From Prochlorococcus sp. AG-463-P14 (GTDB taxonomy: Bacteria; Cyanobacteriota; Cyanobacteriia; PCC-6307; Cyanobiaceae), in assembly GCA_003209275.1 (NCBI GenBank), contig QCRX01000002.1, positions 7,132-71,131 of the forward strand: a stretch of 64,000 bases of DNA, read 5' to 3'. Positions 55,613 through 64,000 of the stretch are shown here, in pieces. A model generated the notes under the pieces. It was not told the DNA's origin. It did not search any database and saw nothing but the letters and a program-made list of their open reading frames with translations. The stretch's first letter is position 1, and each line of letters begins with the position of its first letter. A program made the translations under genes and the position numbers.

Positions 55613-55698
55613 GGAATTTATACATCTCGGCGGACCTTATGGAGTAGATAACTCGACTGACTGTTTCCGTTACGTTCCTTTACGCCTCTTCATGATTC

Positions 55699-56511
55699 TT
55701 AGTCTCTGACCATCCCAAGTGTTGGCGAACTAGGACAGGCTTCTTCTCTGCGTGGCAATCGACCGGCCAAAAATGCTTCTCTGCCAGCTTCTACGGCTTT
55801 AGACATGGCCTGAGCCATTAAGACTGGGTCGTGAGCTAATGCAATTGCACTATTGATTAGGACAGCATCTGCACCCATCTCCATGGCTTGTGCAGCCTCG
55901 CTTGGGACCCCTATACCTGCATCAATAATTACAGGCACCTTGGCTTCATTGATAATCATTGCAATATTCGCGGAATTTCTTAGCCCTTGCCCTGAACCGA
56001 TGGGTGACCCTAGTGGCATGAGAGTTGCACAACCTGCTTCTTCAAGACGTTTTGCCAGTAATGGATCTGCATTGATATATGGGAGTACTACAAAGCCTTC
56101 TTTGATTAGTTGTTCTGCGGCCTGAAGTGTGCCAAATGGATCTGGGAGGAGATGAGTGCTATCTGGAATCACTTCTAGCTTCACGAAATTATTTTCATGT
56201 TGTCCGGCAAGTTTTGCTAGTTCTCGGCCGAGTCTGGCTATGCGAACAGCTTCTTCTGCATTGGCGCAACCTGCGGTATTGGGCAGCATCCAAATCTTCT
56301 TCCAATTAATTGCTTCAATGAGGCCTTGATGACCAGCTTGAGACCCTTGGATTCTTCGAACAGCAACAGTAACCATTTGAGATTCAGAATGATGCAAGCT
56401 GTTTTGCATTGCTTCTAAACTTGGGTACTTCCCAGTTCCTGTAAAAAGTCGGCTTTTAAATTTTTGACCGCCGATTTCTAGTAGATCATTGGTGTTGAGT
56501 TTCTCAACCAT
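55699..56511 (-). CDS. thiG: Thiazole synthase
   Basis: 270 aa with FKSRLFTGTGKY, MPLGSPIGSGQG, DAGIGVPSEAAQAMEMGADAVL. Confidence 0.95.
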   Translation of the reverse strand: MVEKLNTNDLLEIGGQKFKSRLFTGTGKYPSLEAMQNSLHHSESQMVTVAVRRIQGSQAGHQGLIEAINWKKIWMLPNTAGCANAEEAVRIARLGRELAKLAGQHENNFVKLEVIPDSTHLLPDPFGTLQAAEQLIKEGFVVLPYINADPLLAKRLEEAGCATLMPLGSPIGSGQGLRNSANIAMIINEAKVPVIIDAGIGVPSEAAQAMEMGADAVLINSAIALAHDPVLMAQAMSKAVEAGREAFLAGRLPRREEACPSSPTLGMVRD

Positions 56512-56589
56512 TAGTGTTTTGGAAAAGGATTTTGGAAAGTCATTGCTGAGCTCAATAGCCTTAGCTTATTCAAATCATCACTCGGATTA

Positions 56590-57198
56590 ATGCCTTTCTT
56601 GTTAGCTATGGATTTGTGGGTTGCTAACGAGGCTTCGTTAAAGCAAGCTTTACCCACTGCTGTCGATAAAGAGAGAGTTGTTGAGAAGGTTCTGCCATCT
56701 TCTCGCGAGGAGAATTCACTTGAAAAGCTTCTTTCTAATGACCCAGCTAAGGAAATTAAGCCATTTGTCCTGGAGGGTTCTGTAGAGAGTTTTGACCCTG
56801 TTTTAAGGGCGATTGATCTTGCAAAAACTATTGCAAGAGATTGGTGTGGTTCTTATCAGTCTTTTGAAGATGATGAGAATGTTCAGGTTTCACTAAAGCT
56901 GATTGAAGTTAAAGCCATAGGCCAAATAGTTCATTTAACTGGAGATATGACTTTCGGATATGCAACAACCCCAGTGACTGGTCATTTAAATGCAAAATCA
57001 GATCAAATGGAGTTAATTCCTCTTTCCGAAAAATTAATACCTGGACTCGAGCCTGGTGGATATTTTGTTGGCTTGCAGGGGGCAAGGATTTTTGGATGGA
57101 AATCACCTCGACTGGATAACCCTGGAGGAAGATTGGAGCTGAAGGAAAAATGTGAGGAAGAGCTTTCAAAAGCCCCTGTTGTCAATACCATCTGGTGA
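56590..57198 (+). CDS. Hypothetical protein (202 aa)
   Basis: Clean ORF with ATG start and no recognised motif. Its 3' end overlaps the convergent TPR gene by 33 bp. Confidence 0.5.
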   Translation: MPFLLAMDLWVANEASLKQALPTAVDKERVVEKVLPSSREENSLEKLLSNDPAKEIKPFVLEGSVESFDPVLRAIDLAKTIARDWCGSYQSFEDDENVQVSLKLIEVKAIGQIVHLTGDMTFGYATTPVTGHLNAKSDQMELIPLSEKLIPGLEPGGYFVGLQGARIFGWKSPRLDNPGGRLELKEKCEEELSKAPVVNTIW

Positions 57199-57723
57199 AT
57201 TGCTGGATTGCTTATTAGCCATCTTCCTTAATTGTCTTTTTGCAGTTTTATTTTTAGGATCTAAATCAAGGACTTGTTTATATAGTTTTTGGGCTTCTTC
57301 ACTTTGTTGAAGACGCTCTTTTGCAAATGCAAGGTTATTTAATGCGACAGGATAGTCTTCTTTTGCTTTAAGAGCAGTTCTGTAATGACGAATTGCCGAT
57401 TCAAAATCATCTTGTGCAGCTAGTGAAAAACCTAGTGCATTTTCAATAAGAGCCTTTGCTTCTTCAGGCTCTTCGTCCAGTATCTTTAAAGCTTTTTGCA
57501 AAGTTGTGGTTGCTTGTGGGTAAAGTCTTTTTCTTAATTGTACAGATGCCAATTCATATAGATCTGCTGCATCTTTTGAATTAGATGAAGTATTTTTTTC
57601 AAGCTGGATAAGCTTGCCCTCATCTCTTCTGACTCTTAAGAGTTGTCGCCCGACTAAAACTGCAATGATGAGAAGCAAGCCAATAAGGCCGATCAAGTAT
57701 GTCTCAGGTAAGAGGCTATTCAT
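57166..57723 (-). CDS. Membrane-anchored TPR-repeat protein, Ycf37-like
   Basis: N-terminal TM helix (YLIGLIGLLLIIAVLV) plus about 3 TPR units. The size and architecture match the cyanobacterial Ycf37 family as I recall it. Confidence 0.6.
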   Translation of the reverse strand: MNSLLPETYLIGLIGLLLIIAVLVGRQLLRVRRDEGKLIQLEKNTSSNSKDAADLYELASVQLRKRLYPQATTTLQKALKILDEEPEEAKALIENALGFSLAAQDDFESAIRHYRTALKAKEDYPVALNNLAFAKERLQQSEEAQKLYKQVLDLDPKNKTAKRQLRKMANKQSSNSPDGIDNRGF

Positions 57724-57992
57724 AATTGGATTGATACTGATTGGTGAACGGACTCAGGTTTGATTTTGTTTATATGAATTCAAGATTCTTAGAATAATTG
57801 AGTATTCACTTGGGAAAAATAAAGCTTAATAGTTCATAGGGAGTTCATTCTTCCTTTGGCTCACTTACGGAGAGGGTTCTTTTGAGATTAATCATCTCAG
57901 TTTCCCTGGAAAATCAAAATTTTAGTTTATTTATATTAAATTTTTTGATTATAAGGAGCCCACTAACTCTTCAACCTTGGCGAGGTTCAAGA

Positions 57993-58340
57993 TCAATTTT
58001 TCGCTGAAGCAACGATGGTACTAAAGCTCTGTGGATCCATTATTGCTAGTTGAGACAACATTTTCCGATTAATGCGAATATCTGCTTTCTTCATTCCTCC
58101 TATGAGTTTGCTATAGCTCACGCCATTTACTCTTGCAGCTGCATTAATTCTTGCTATCCATAGACGTCGGAAATCACGTTTGCGGCGCCTCCTATCTCTA
58201 TACGCATTGCATAGAGCTTTCATTACACGCTGGTTAGCTGTTCGGAAAAGTCTTCCGTTGCTTCCTTTAAAACCACGAGCTAAACGTAGAATTTTATTTC
58301 GGCGCTTGCGGGCTACATTGCCTCTTTTGACGCGGGACAT
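57993..58340 (-). CDS. rplT: 50S ribosomal protein L20
   Basis: [24 protein letters not shown]... Confidence 0.97.
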   Translation of the reverse strand: MSRVKRGNVARKRRNKILRLARGFKGSNGRLFRTANQRVMKALCNAYRDRRRRKRDFRRLWIARINAAARVNGVSYSKLIGGMKKADIRINRKMLSQLAIMDPQSFSTIVASAKN

Positions 58341-58393
58341 GGGATAAAAAGTTGGTAGTTAGAGAGTTGAAATCGTTAATTTATTGAAGTGTG

Positions 58394-58591
58394 TTATGCG
58401 TAAGGAAGCATCAGACTCACATTCTCCGCATCACTTTCATCGACAACAGCCTTGGTTGCGAGATGTCGTTTTAGTTTTGTGCTCTTGTGATCGAGTAAAT
58501 GGTTGCGGAAGGCACGACGACGCATAAACTTGCCAGTGCTTGTAGCTTTGAACCGCTTTGCGGCAGCTTTGCGGGTCTTTAGCTTTGGCAT
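58394..58591 (-). CDS. rpmI: 50S ribosomal protein L35
   Basis: [33 protein letters not shown]... 65 aa from ATG 58591. The track start at 58609 is an upstream extension. Confidence 0.95.
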   Translation of the reverse strand: MPKLKTRKAAAKRFKATSTGKFMRRRAFRNHLLDHKSTKLKRHLATKAVVDESDAENVSLMLPYA

Positions 58592-58672
58592 ACCTGACTT
58601 CATGCACAAGTAACAAGACTACGACCTAGACCTGCCAGACGCCAAATGAAAGATATTGATTTTGCATCAATA

Positions 58673-58684
58673 GCCATTAATGGC
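58673..58684. repeat. Perfect 12-bp palindrome GCCATTAATGGC in the rpmI / SpoIID-like divergent spacer
   Basis: Read directly from the sequence, 21 nt upstream of the SpoIID-like ATG. Confidence 0.9.
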
Positions 58685-58704
58685 CAAATGATCGGATTAG
58701 TGGA

Positions 58705-60258
58705 ATGCTTCGCCTGAATCTTGTCTGCAGTTGCTCTTTGCTTCTTTTCGGAGGCTTTTTGAGCGAGTATCAAGTTGAAAATTTAGTTGCTTCCTCGCAC
58801 GCTTTTTCTGTTAGCACTCACCGTGAAGTTCCTCTACCTCCGCAAATAAAAACTTCTAACCCAGAGTTATTGGTTGGCTTAAAGCCTTATTTGGGCAGAT
58901 CTGTAGAGATTGGAAGTAATCCTGAAGACCTTGTTTTAATTAGTGCCGGAATTCCCCTTGAATTACAAGACGCGAGTGGCATCAAGCATAAGGCAAGGGA
59001 AATTGAAATAGGTTGGCGGATGAAATTTTTGTCTGAGCCATATCACATTGAACGTCAAGTAATTGGTCCTTTTTCAAGTTTTGAATCTGCCAAATCAATG
59101 GCAAATGATTTGCAGGAATATGGATTGCAGGTCGTGATATCTCATCCTAAAGAATGGGAAATTTGGTTGCCTCGAAATTCCGATCTACCTCTAGGAATCA
59201 AGTCGAGTTTGTTCAAGAAAACTATCAAATATGAATTAAAACCTGTTTTAAAAGGAATGACGGGTGAATTTTTGCTCTCAGGTCCTATCGAGATTGAAGC
59301 GCCTGAAGGTTTGCGTTTGGATGGGGGAATTTATTCCGGTCCTTTTATTCTGCAAGCTGATGGATATGGAACATGGACTTTGATAGAGAAGGTACCTCTT
59401 GAGCGTTATTTGAATGGTGTTGTGCCTTATGAAATAGGTTCTGGATCACCTCCAGCAGCTTTGGCTGTTCAAGCTGTACTTGCGAGAACATGGGCGCTTG
59501 CTAATACCCATCGTTTCGAAGTGGATGGTTATCACCTTTGTAGTAATACCCAATGTCAGGTTTATAAAGATCCGATGAGTGCCAATCTATCGGTAAGAAA
59601 GGCTATATCTCAAACTAAAGGAAAGATTCTTTTGTGGAGAGAAAGGCCAATTAGTGCTGTTTATCATGCGAGCAATGGTGGAGTGATGGCTGTAGCAGAA
59701 GAAGCATGGTCAATGAGTTCTCTCCCATATCTTCAGGCAAAATTAGATGGTAATCCTACTTTTACTGAAAAATTTGTTTTGCCTTTAAATAGACCTGAGG
59801 TTGCTTCTTTATTGGCTTCTTCAACGGGGTTCAACGGCACAAATCATTCTCTTTTTAGATGGACCCGTAGTTTTACAGCATTTCAGTTCAAAGAAATATT
59901 GAAGCTTATTAATCCAGATATGACTCTTCCTCAAAGAATCACAGTTCTAAAAAGAGGGGAAAGTGGGAGGGTAATTGCTTTGGAAATTGCTGGAAGAAAT
60001 AATCAACCAGTTATGGTTCTACGCCTAGATGAAATACGTCGGACTATTCGGAATTTGCCAAGTACGTTATTTATTGTCAATTCCAGTGGGGAAGGAATTT
60101 GGGAATTCCTTGGTGGCGGTTTTGGCCATGGTGCAGGTCTTTCGCAAGCTGGAGCAATTGATTTAGCGCTTCAAGGATGGTCCTCTGAGCAGATTCTTAT
60201 GCATTACTATCCCGGCACAACTTATGGACCTTTGCCTGAGTTCAAGAATGCCCTTTAG
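58705..60258 (+). CDS. SpoIID/LytB-domain protein (peptidoglycan lytic transglycosylase family)
   Basis: 517 aa with a signal-like N-terminus and SpoIID motifs (ERYLNGVVPYEIG, AQAVLARTWA, CSNTQCQVYKD, AVYHASNGG). Confidence 0.85.
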   Translation: MLRLNLVCSCSLLLFGGFLSEYQVENLVASSHAFSVSTHREVPLPPQIKTSNPELLVGLKPYLGRSVEIGSNPEDLVLISAGIPLELQDASGIKHKAREIEIGWRMKFLSEPYHIERQVIGPFSSFESAKSMANDLQEYGLQVVISHPKEWEIWLPRNSDLPLGIKSSLFKKTIKYELKPVLKGMTGEFLLSGPIEIEAPEGLRLDGGIYSGPFILQADGYGTWTLIEKVPLERYLNGVVPYEIGSGSPPAALAVQAVLARTWALANTHRFEVDGYHLCSNTQCQVYKDPMSANLSVRKAISQTKGKILLWRERPISAVYHASNGGVMAVAEEAWSMSSLPYLQAKLDGNPTFTEKFVLPLNRPEVASLLASSTGFNGTNHSLFRWTRSFTAFQFKEILKLINPDMTLPQRITVLKRGESGRVIALEIAGRNNQPVMVLRLDEIRRTIRNLPSTLFIVNSSGEGIWEFLGGGFGHGAGLSQAGAIDLALQGWSSEQILMHYYPGTTYGPLPEFKNAL

Positions 60259-60282
60259 AGTCTAAGAACTTCGGAACAAGCC

Positions 60283-61596
60283 ATGTCCGCTATTGCTGCG
60301 ACTGGTGATCATCGACGCGGCAAGACAGCGTTGTTTTTGATTGCATGTGGCTGGGCTGGAGCTGCTCCTCATTGGTTGGAACCAGCAAGAAGCCTATTTC
60401 CGGCTGTAGTTTTAGCGTTCTGCCTTGGGGGGTATGGCCTAAGAACAGTGCTAAGAAACAGACAACAGTGGTTTATTGATTCCAGTTCAACATCGCCTGA
60501 ATCTGTTGAACAAGCATTGCTTCCATTTGTTGATGTTTTAGTTGCCGCTCGTGACGAAGAAAGGGTTCTTGGAAGGCTAGTTGAACATTTGACGTCTATA
60601 AATTATCCAGAGAAGAAGCTTTCTATATGGATAATTGACGATGGAAGTGAAGATAGTACCCCAGAGATGTTGAAAGAATTGAAGGTGAAGTTTCCTCAGT
60701 TACATGTGATTACACGTTCAAGTTCTGCAGGAGGTGGAAAATCTGGAGCACTCAATGAGGCATTACTTAAAATACAAGGGGAGTGGTTATTAATTCTTGA
60801 TGCTGACGCACAATTGGAAGATAATTCACTGCTGCGATTAGTAGAGTTTGCGATAAAAGGTAAGTGGTCTGCTGTTCAATTAAGAAAAGCAGTTGTTAAT
60901 ACTCAAAAAAATCTATTGACTCGCTTTCAGTCAATGGAGATGGCTATGGATGCTGTTATTCAGCAGGGTCGCCTTGTTGGTTCTGGAGTAGTTGAACTTC
61001 GTGGAAATGGTCAACTTATTCAACGTCAAATGCTTGAAAAGTGTGGAGGTTTTAATGAGCAAACAGTGACAGATGATCTTGATTTGAGCTTTCGTTTGCT
61101 TATTTCAGGAGGTTTAGTAGGAATCCTATGGAATCCTCCAGTACAAGAAGAGGCAGTTGAGACAATCCCAGCCCTTTGGCGGCAGAGACAAAGATGGGCT
61201 GAGGGTGGATTACAGCGTTTTTTTGATTATTGGCCACTGTTGATTTCTGATAAGTTAACTGTTAATCAAAGGCGTGACTTGACTTGTTTCTTCCTGCTTC
61301 AATATGCGCTCCCTGTTGTTTCTTTTGCGGATTTAATGACTACTGCTATGACGCGTACAATTCCTACTTATTGGCCTCTATCTATAGTTGCATTTAGTAT
61401 TTCTGGGTTAGCATATTGGCGAGGTTGTAGAAGCCTAAGTGAAGGTCCATCATTGCCATCACCTAGGCCAATAACTTTACTCATGGCAATTTTTTACTTA
61501 GCTCATTGGTTTGTGATTATTCCTTGGGTTGTAATTAAAATGGCATTTTTGCCTAAAACTTTGGTATGGGCTAAAACCAGTCATCAAGGTGAGTAA
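60283..61596 (+). CDS. Family 2 glycosyltransferase, processive type; possibly monoglucosyl-diacylglycerol synthase-like
   Basis: DDGSEDST, ILDADAQ, TVTDDLDLSFR, RQRQRWAEG (QxxRW), with flanking TM helices. The specific lipid-synthase assignment is from memory only. Confidence 0.8.
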   Translation: MSAIAATGDHRRGKTALFLIACGWAGAAPHWLEPARSLFPAVVLAFCLGGYGLRTVLRNRQQWFIDSSSTSPESVEQALLPFVDVLVAARDEERVLGRLVEHLTSINYPEKKLSIWIIDDGSEDSTPEMLKELKVKFPQLHVITRSSSAGGGKSGALNEALLKIQGEWLLILDADAQLEDNSLLRLVEFAIKGKWSAVQLRKAVVNTQKNLLTRFQSMEMAMDAVIQQGRLVGSGVVELRGNGQLIQRQMLEKCGGFNEQTVTDDLDLSFRLLISGGLVGILWNPPVQEEAVETIPALWRQRQRWAEGGLQRFFDYWPLLISDKLTVNQRRDLTCFFLLQYALPVVSFADLMTTAMTRTIPTYWPLSIVAFSISGLAYWRGCRSLSEGPSLPSPRPITLLMAIFYLAHWFVIIPWVVIKMAFLPKTLVWAKTSHQGE

Positions 61597-61598
61597 AT

Positions 61599-63359
61599 TT
61601 ATTTGTTGTCTATATCTAATACTTTCCCATTAAAGAAGTCTGCTAGGCGCTTTGCATTACTATCAATGTCATTAAATGAATTTTCTTCAGTCATGTTCAG
61701 TTGATTTTTTTTTAGGGATTCTTTGCTAATATCTAATTGGTCATTTATTTCCTTATCAGATTCCTTAGGCTCCGATAATTGTGATTCTTTAGGAGTTTGA
61801 TTTAAACGATTATTTTCAAGTTTTTTTGTAATGGGCTGATTGTTCTTTAGGAAAATCTCTTTTTGATTTTCTAGAACCAGCTCTCGGGGGCTTCCTAGAG
61901 TCTGGTGAATAGCTTGTTCTAGAAGGGTAATTCGGCTTTGAACCATTCCTACCCAATTATCTGCGACTTGGATAGTTGCTTTTTTAGACGTAAGCCCTAT
62001 TAATTTTGCTTGTTGAGACAGAAGCATGCGAGTTGATGGAAGATCTAGCCTTCCCAGGATTTGTTTCCATAATTCATTTAGATCATTACTATTACTTTCT
62101 TGATCGGAAGATAGAGTTGCTTTTTTTGTAGATTCTTTGCCTTGTGCAATCTCATTTTTTTGACTATCTAAACTCGTGGAAATTTGATTGGTTATAGATT
62201 TTTCTTTGATAGGTATAGAAAGCTCCTTCTTTCGACTTGGTAAATCCGCTTGATTCTGATCAGATGGCTGATGAAGAATTCCTAGCAGTAAAACCTCAAG
62301 CCAAAGACGTGGTTGTGCACTATGGCGCAGTTGACTTTCAGTTCCTTTAAGCTGGCTTTGCCAGTTTAATAAGACTTTGAACTCTATTTGATTTGCAAGA
62401 TTGGCAATTTCTTGATGTAATTCAGGCGAAACACTTGACAATTCTGGCCTATTTGGAGCTGCTTTAATAAGTACTAGATCTCTCAATATTGATGCAAATC
62501 CTTGTAAAATTGCTATTGGATCTCTTCCTAGATCAAGCAGGTCGCGACTTCTTTCTAATAGTTGTACAGCATCTCCATTAGATAAAGCTTCTGCAAGTTT
62601 TATCAGTTCTTTTTCGGGAACAGCGCCAAGTAAATCCCAAACATATTCTGCTTTTATCGGTTTTGGGAGCAAGCTGAGTTGATCAAGCATGCTTTCTGCA
62701 TCTCTTAGGCCTCCCTGAGCTCGTTCACTTATTAAATGAAGAGCATCAGCCTCAATATCAATTACCTCTTTAGAGGCAATCATTTCCAAATGTTTTTTGA
62801 GTTCTCTAAGGGGAATTCTTCGAAAATCAAATCTTTGACAACGACTAAGAATTGTAGGAATTACTCTTTGTGGATCAGTGGTTGCCAGTACGAATACCAC
62901 TTGTGGCGGTGGTTCTTCAAGGGTCTTTAGCAGAGCATTAAACGCCGCTGTAGAAAGCATGTGGCATTCATCTATGACATAGACCTTCCACCGAGCTTGA
63001 ACTGGTGCAAATCTCGATCTTTCTATGAGCTCTCGAATATTGTCTACGCCAGTATTAGATGCGGCATCAATCTCAATTACATCGAGAGATGTTCCATTGG
63101 AAATCGAAGTGCAGACATTACATGTTCCACAAGGTTCGGGAGTTGGCCTATTGCTATTGAGACAATTTAAGGATCGAGCCAGAATTCTTGCGCTTGATGT
63201 TTTACCTGTTCCTCTTGGCCCGCTAAAGAGATATGCAGGCGCTATTCTCTGCGAAAGCAGTGCTTGTTTCAGTGTGGCTGCTATGGATTCTTGACCGACT
63301 AGGCCATCAAAGGTCTGTGGGCGATATTTGTGATGCAGCGGTTGGTAATTCTGGCTCAT
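61599..63359 (-). CDS. dnaX: DNA polymerase III subunit tau (gamma/tau)
   Basis: YRPQTFDGLVGQ, Walker A GPRGTGKTS, Zn module CGTCNVC, DECHML (Walker B) and SRCQRF (sensor 1). 586 aa with a Lys/Ser/Asn-rich linker. Confidence 0.92.
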   Translation of the reverse strand: MSQNYQPLHHKYRPQTFDGLVGQESIAATLKQALLSQRIAPAYLFSGPRGTGKTSSARILARSLNCLNSNRPTPEPCGTCNVCTSISNGTSLDVIEIDAASNTGVDNIRELIERSRFAPVQARWKVYVIDECHMLSTAAFNALLKTLEEPPPQVVFVLATTDPQRVIPTILSRCQRFDFRRIPLRELKKHLEMIASKEVIDIEADALHLISERAQGGLRDAESMLDQLSLLPKPIKAEYVWDLLGAVPEKELIKLAEALSNGDAVQLLERSRDLLDLGRDPIAILQGFASILRDLVLIKAAPNRPELSSVSPELHQEIANLANQIEFKVLLNWQSQLKGTESQLRHSAQPRLWLEVLLLGILHQPSDQNQADLPSRKKELSIPIKEKSITNQISTSLDSQKNEIAQGKESTKKATLSSDQESNSNDLNELWKQILGRLDLPSTRMLLSQQAKLIGLTSKKATIQVADNWVGMVQSRITLLEQAIHQTLGSPRELVLENQKEIFLKNNQPITKKLENNRLNQTPKESQLSEPKESDKEINDQLDISKESLKKNQLNMTEENSFNDIDSNAKRLADFFNGKVLDIDNK

Positions 63360-63386
63360 TCGCTGCTGTTTAGATTGAGAGAATTA

Positions 63387-64000
63387 TCAGACTTTGGAGT
63401 CTGATTGGTTGATGAGGTCACCAATACGTTCGTTGAGATTTTCTAATGTAGTTAAGTCATCTGCAAGCTTTTGGCCTTGTAGTAATAGGGTATTGGTTAA
63501 TGAGTTATTTGATTCTAGAGAGATTTTCGTTGGATATTTTTCAAATGAGGTGTTGGCCTTGTCCAAGACTGATTCAAGTTTTGAGAGAACGTTGAGGTGA
63601 ATCTTCTCTAGGATTATTAGTAACCGCTCTGCGGCCTTCTTTGATCTTTCATCAGTGAGTCCTTGTTGCAGAATCAAATTTAATCCTGCTATGACTGCTT
63701 TTGGGATTAGTTGCCCAAAAGCAATAGCTCCAATACTGCTCGGTTTTAGCCAATCTTCCATTTGTCGACTTCGGTGAAGACCTGTCTTGCACCAGTTAGC
63801 GAAATGTTCACAGTTGTTAAAAAGTAGGTTGTAATTCTGTTCTCCAATCCGGCTCATGGCCCGTCTCAATGTTGTGCCAGTTGAAGAAGGATTTTCATGT
63901 TTGATAACGCTAATGGCTTGCCCTTGACAGAAATTTTGTATTGGGCTTCTAAGTATTTCTCGAGCTTCTAGATAGTGAGCAACAGTTCCATCTCCAAGGT
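63387..64000 (-). CDS. LRAT / NlpC-P60 superfamily domain protein with a coiled-coil C-terminus (5' end outside the window)
   Basis: The frame is open to the window edge: LGDGTVAHYLEAREILRSPIQNFCQGQ...YNLLFNNCEHFANWC (catalytic Cys motif NCEHF). The C-terminal ~100 aa are heptad-like. Confidence 0.75.
   Translation of the reverse strand, partial: LGDGTVAHYLEAREILRSPIQNFCQGQAISVIKHENPSSTGTTLRRAMSRIGEQNYNLLFNNCEHFANWCKTGLHRSRQMEDWLKPSSIGAIAFGQLIPKAVIAGLNLILQQGLTDERSKKAAERLLIILEKIHLNVLSKLESVLDKANTSFEKYPTKISLESNNSLTNTLLLQGQKLADDLTTLENLNERIGDLINQSDSKV

Noticed and set aside
55662-55668. GGAAACA (minus strand) in the thiG / small-ORF spacer, the core motif I associate with Yfr2-family cyanobacterial sRNAs
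   Set aside because: A 7-mer alone is not evidence, and I cannot reconstruct the flanking stem-loops of that family from memory. It is more simply the 5' UTR of the 55-aa ORF.
57724-57992. 269-bp gap between the Ycf37-like gene and rplT examined for small ORFs, ncRNA and a terminator
   Set aside because: Only ORFs of 16 codons or fewer are present. The single hairpin after the rplT stop (CTTGAACCT-cgcca-AGGTTGAAG, one mismatch) lacks a U-tract. Nothing is supportable beyond a generic promoter or 3' UTR.

Overview
This AT-rich, tightly packed window looks like core chromosome of a marine picocyanobacterium. The gene content and order suggest a low-light Prochlorococcus-like genome, but I inferred that from the genes and ran no search. 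About 60 genes are called, almost all housekeeping. They cover chaperone and translation functions (dnaK 3' end, aspS, valS, rplI, rplT, rpmI, mnmG, tRNA-Val), replication (dnaB, dnaX, ligA), and central metabolism (acnB, DAHP synthase, pyrG, purU, ppk). Glycine cleavage is split into gcvT and gcvH-gcvP. Cofactor genes include thiO, thiG, cobA, queC, queE, pabB and pabC, with speB and speE for polyamines. Thylakoid lipid genes are sqdB, sqdX, two Delta9-desaturase paralogs and a GT2 glycosyltransferase. There is also a group-2 sigma factor and several conserved cyanobacterial hypotheticals. I found no transposase, integrase, prophage, CRISPR array, toxin-antitoxin pair or recognisable defence or biosynthetic cluster, so I cannot support a novel multi-gene system here. 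The observations worth a second look are small-scale. (1) Three genes (thiO-like, a B12-type radical SAM gene, a chorismate-lyase-like gene) have essential or clearly coding N-terminal sequence upstream of any ATG/GTG/TTG, each with an in-frame CTG in a sensible context. (2) Two divergent genes have physically overlapping ATG codons. (3) Three plausible sub-60-aa genes are missing from the ORF track. (4) A 531-bp ORF-free spacer lies between convergent genes, in a genome where other convergent genes overlap. (5) An XRE-like HTH protein sits between the two desaturase paralogs. (6) dnaX has a slippery A-run placed where a gamma-like product would end. (7) A few perfect palindromes lie in intergenic DNA. 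All functional assignments come from reading the translated ORFs against remembered family motifs, and no database search was run.
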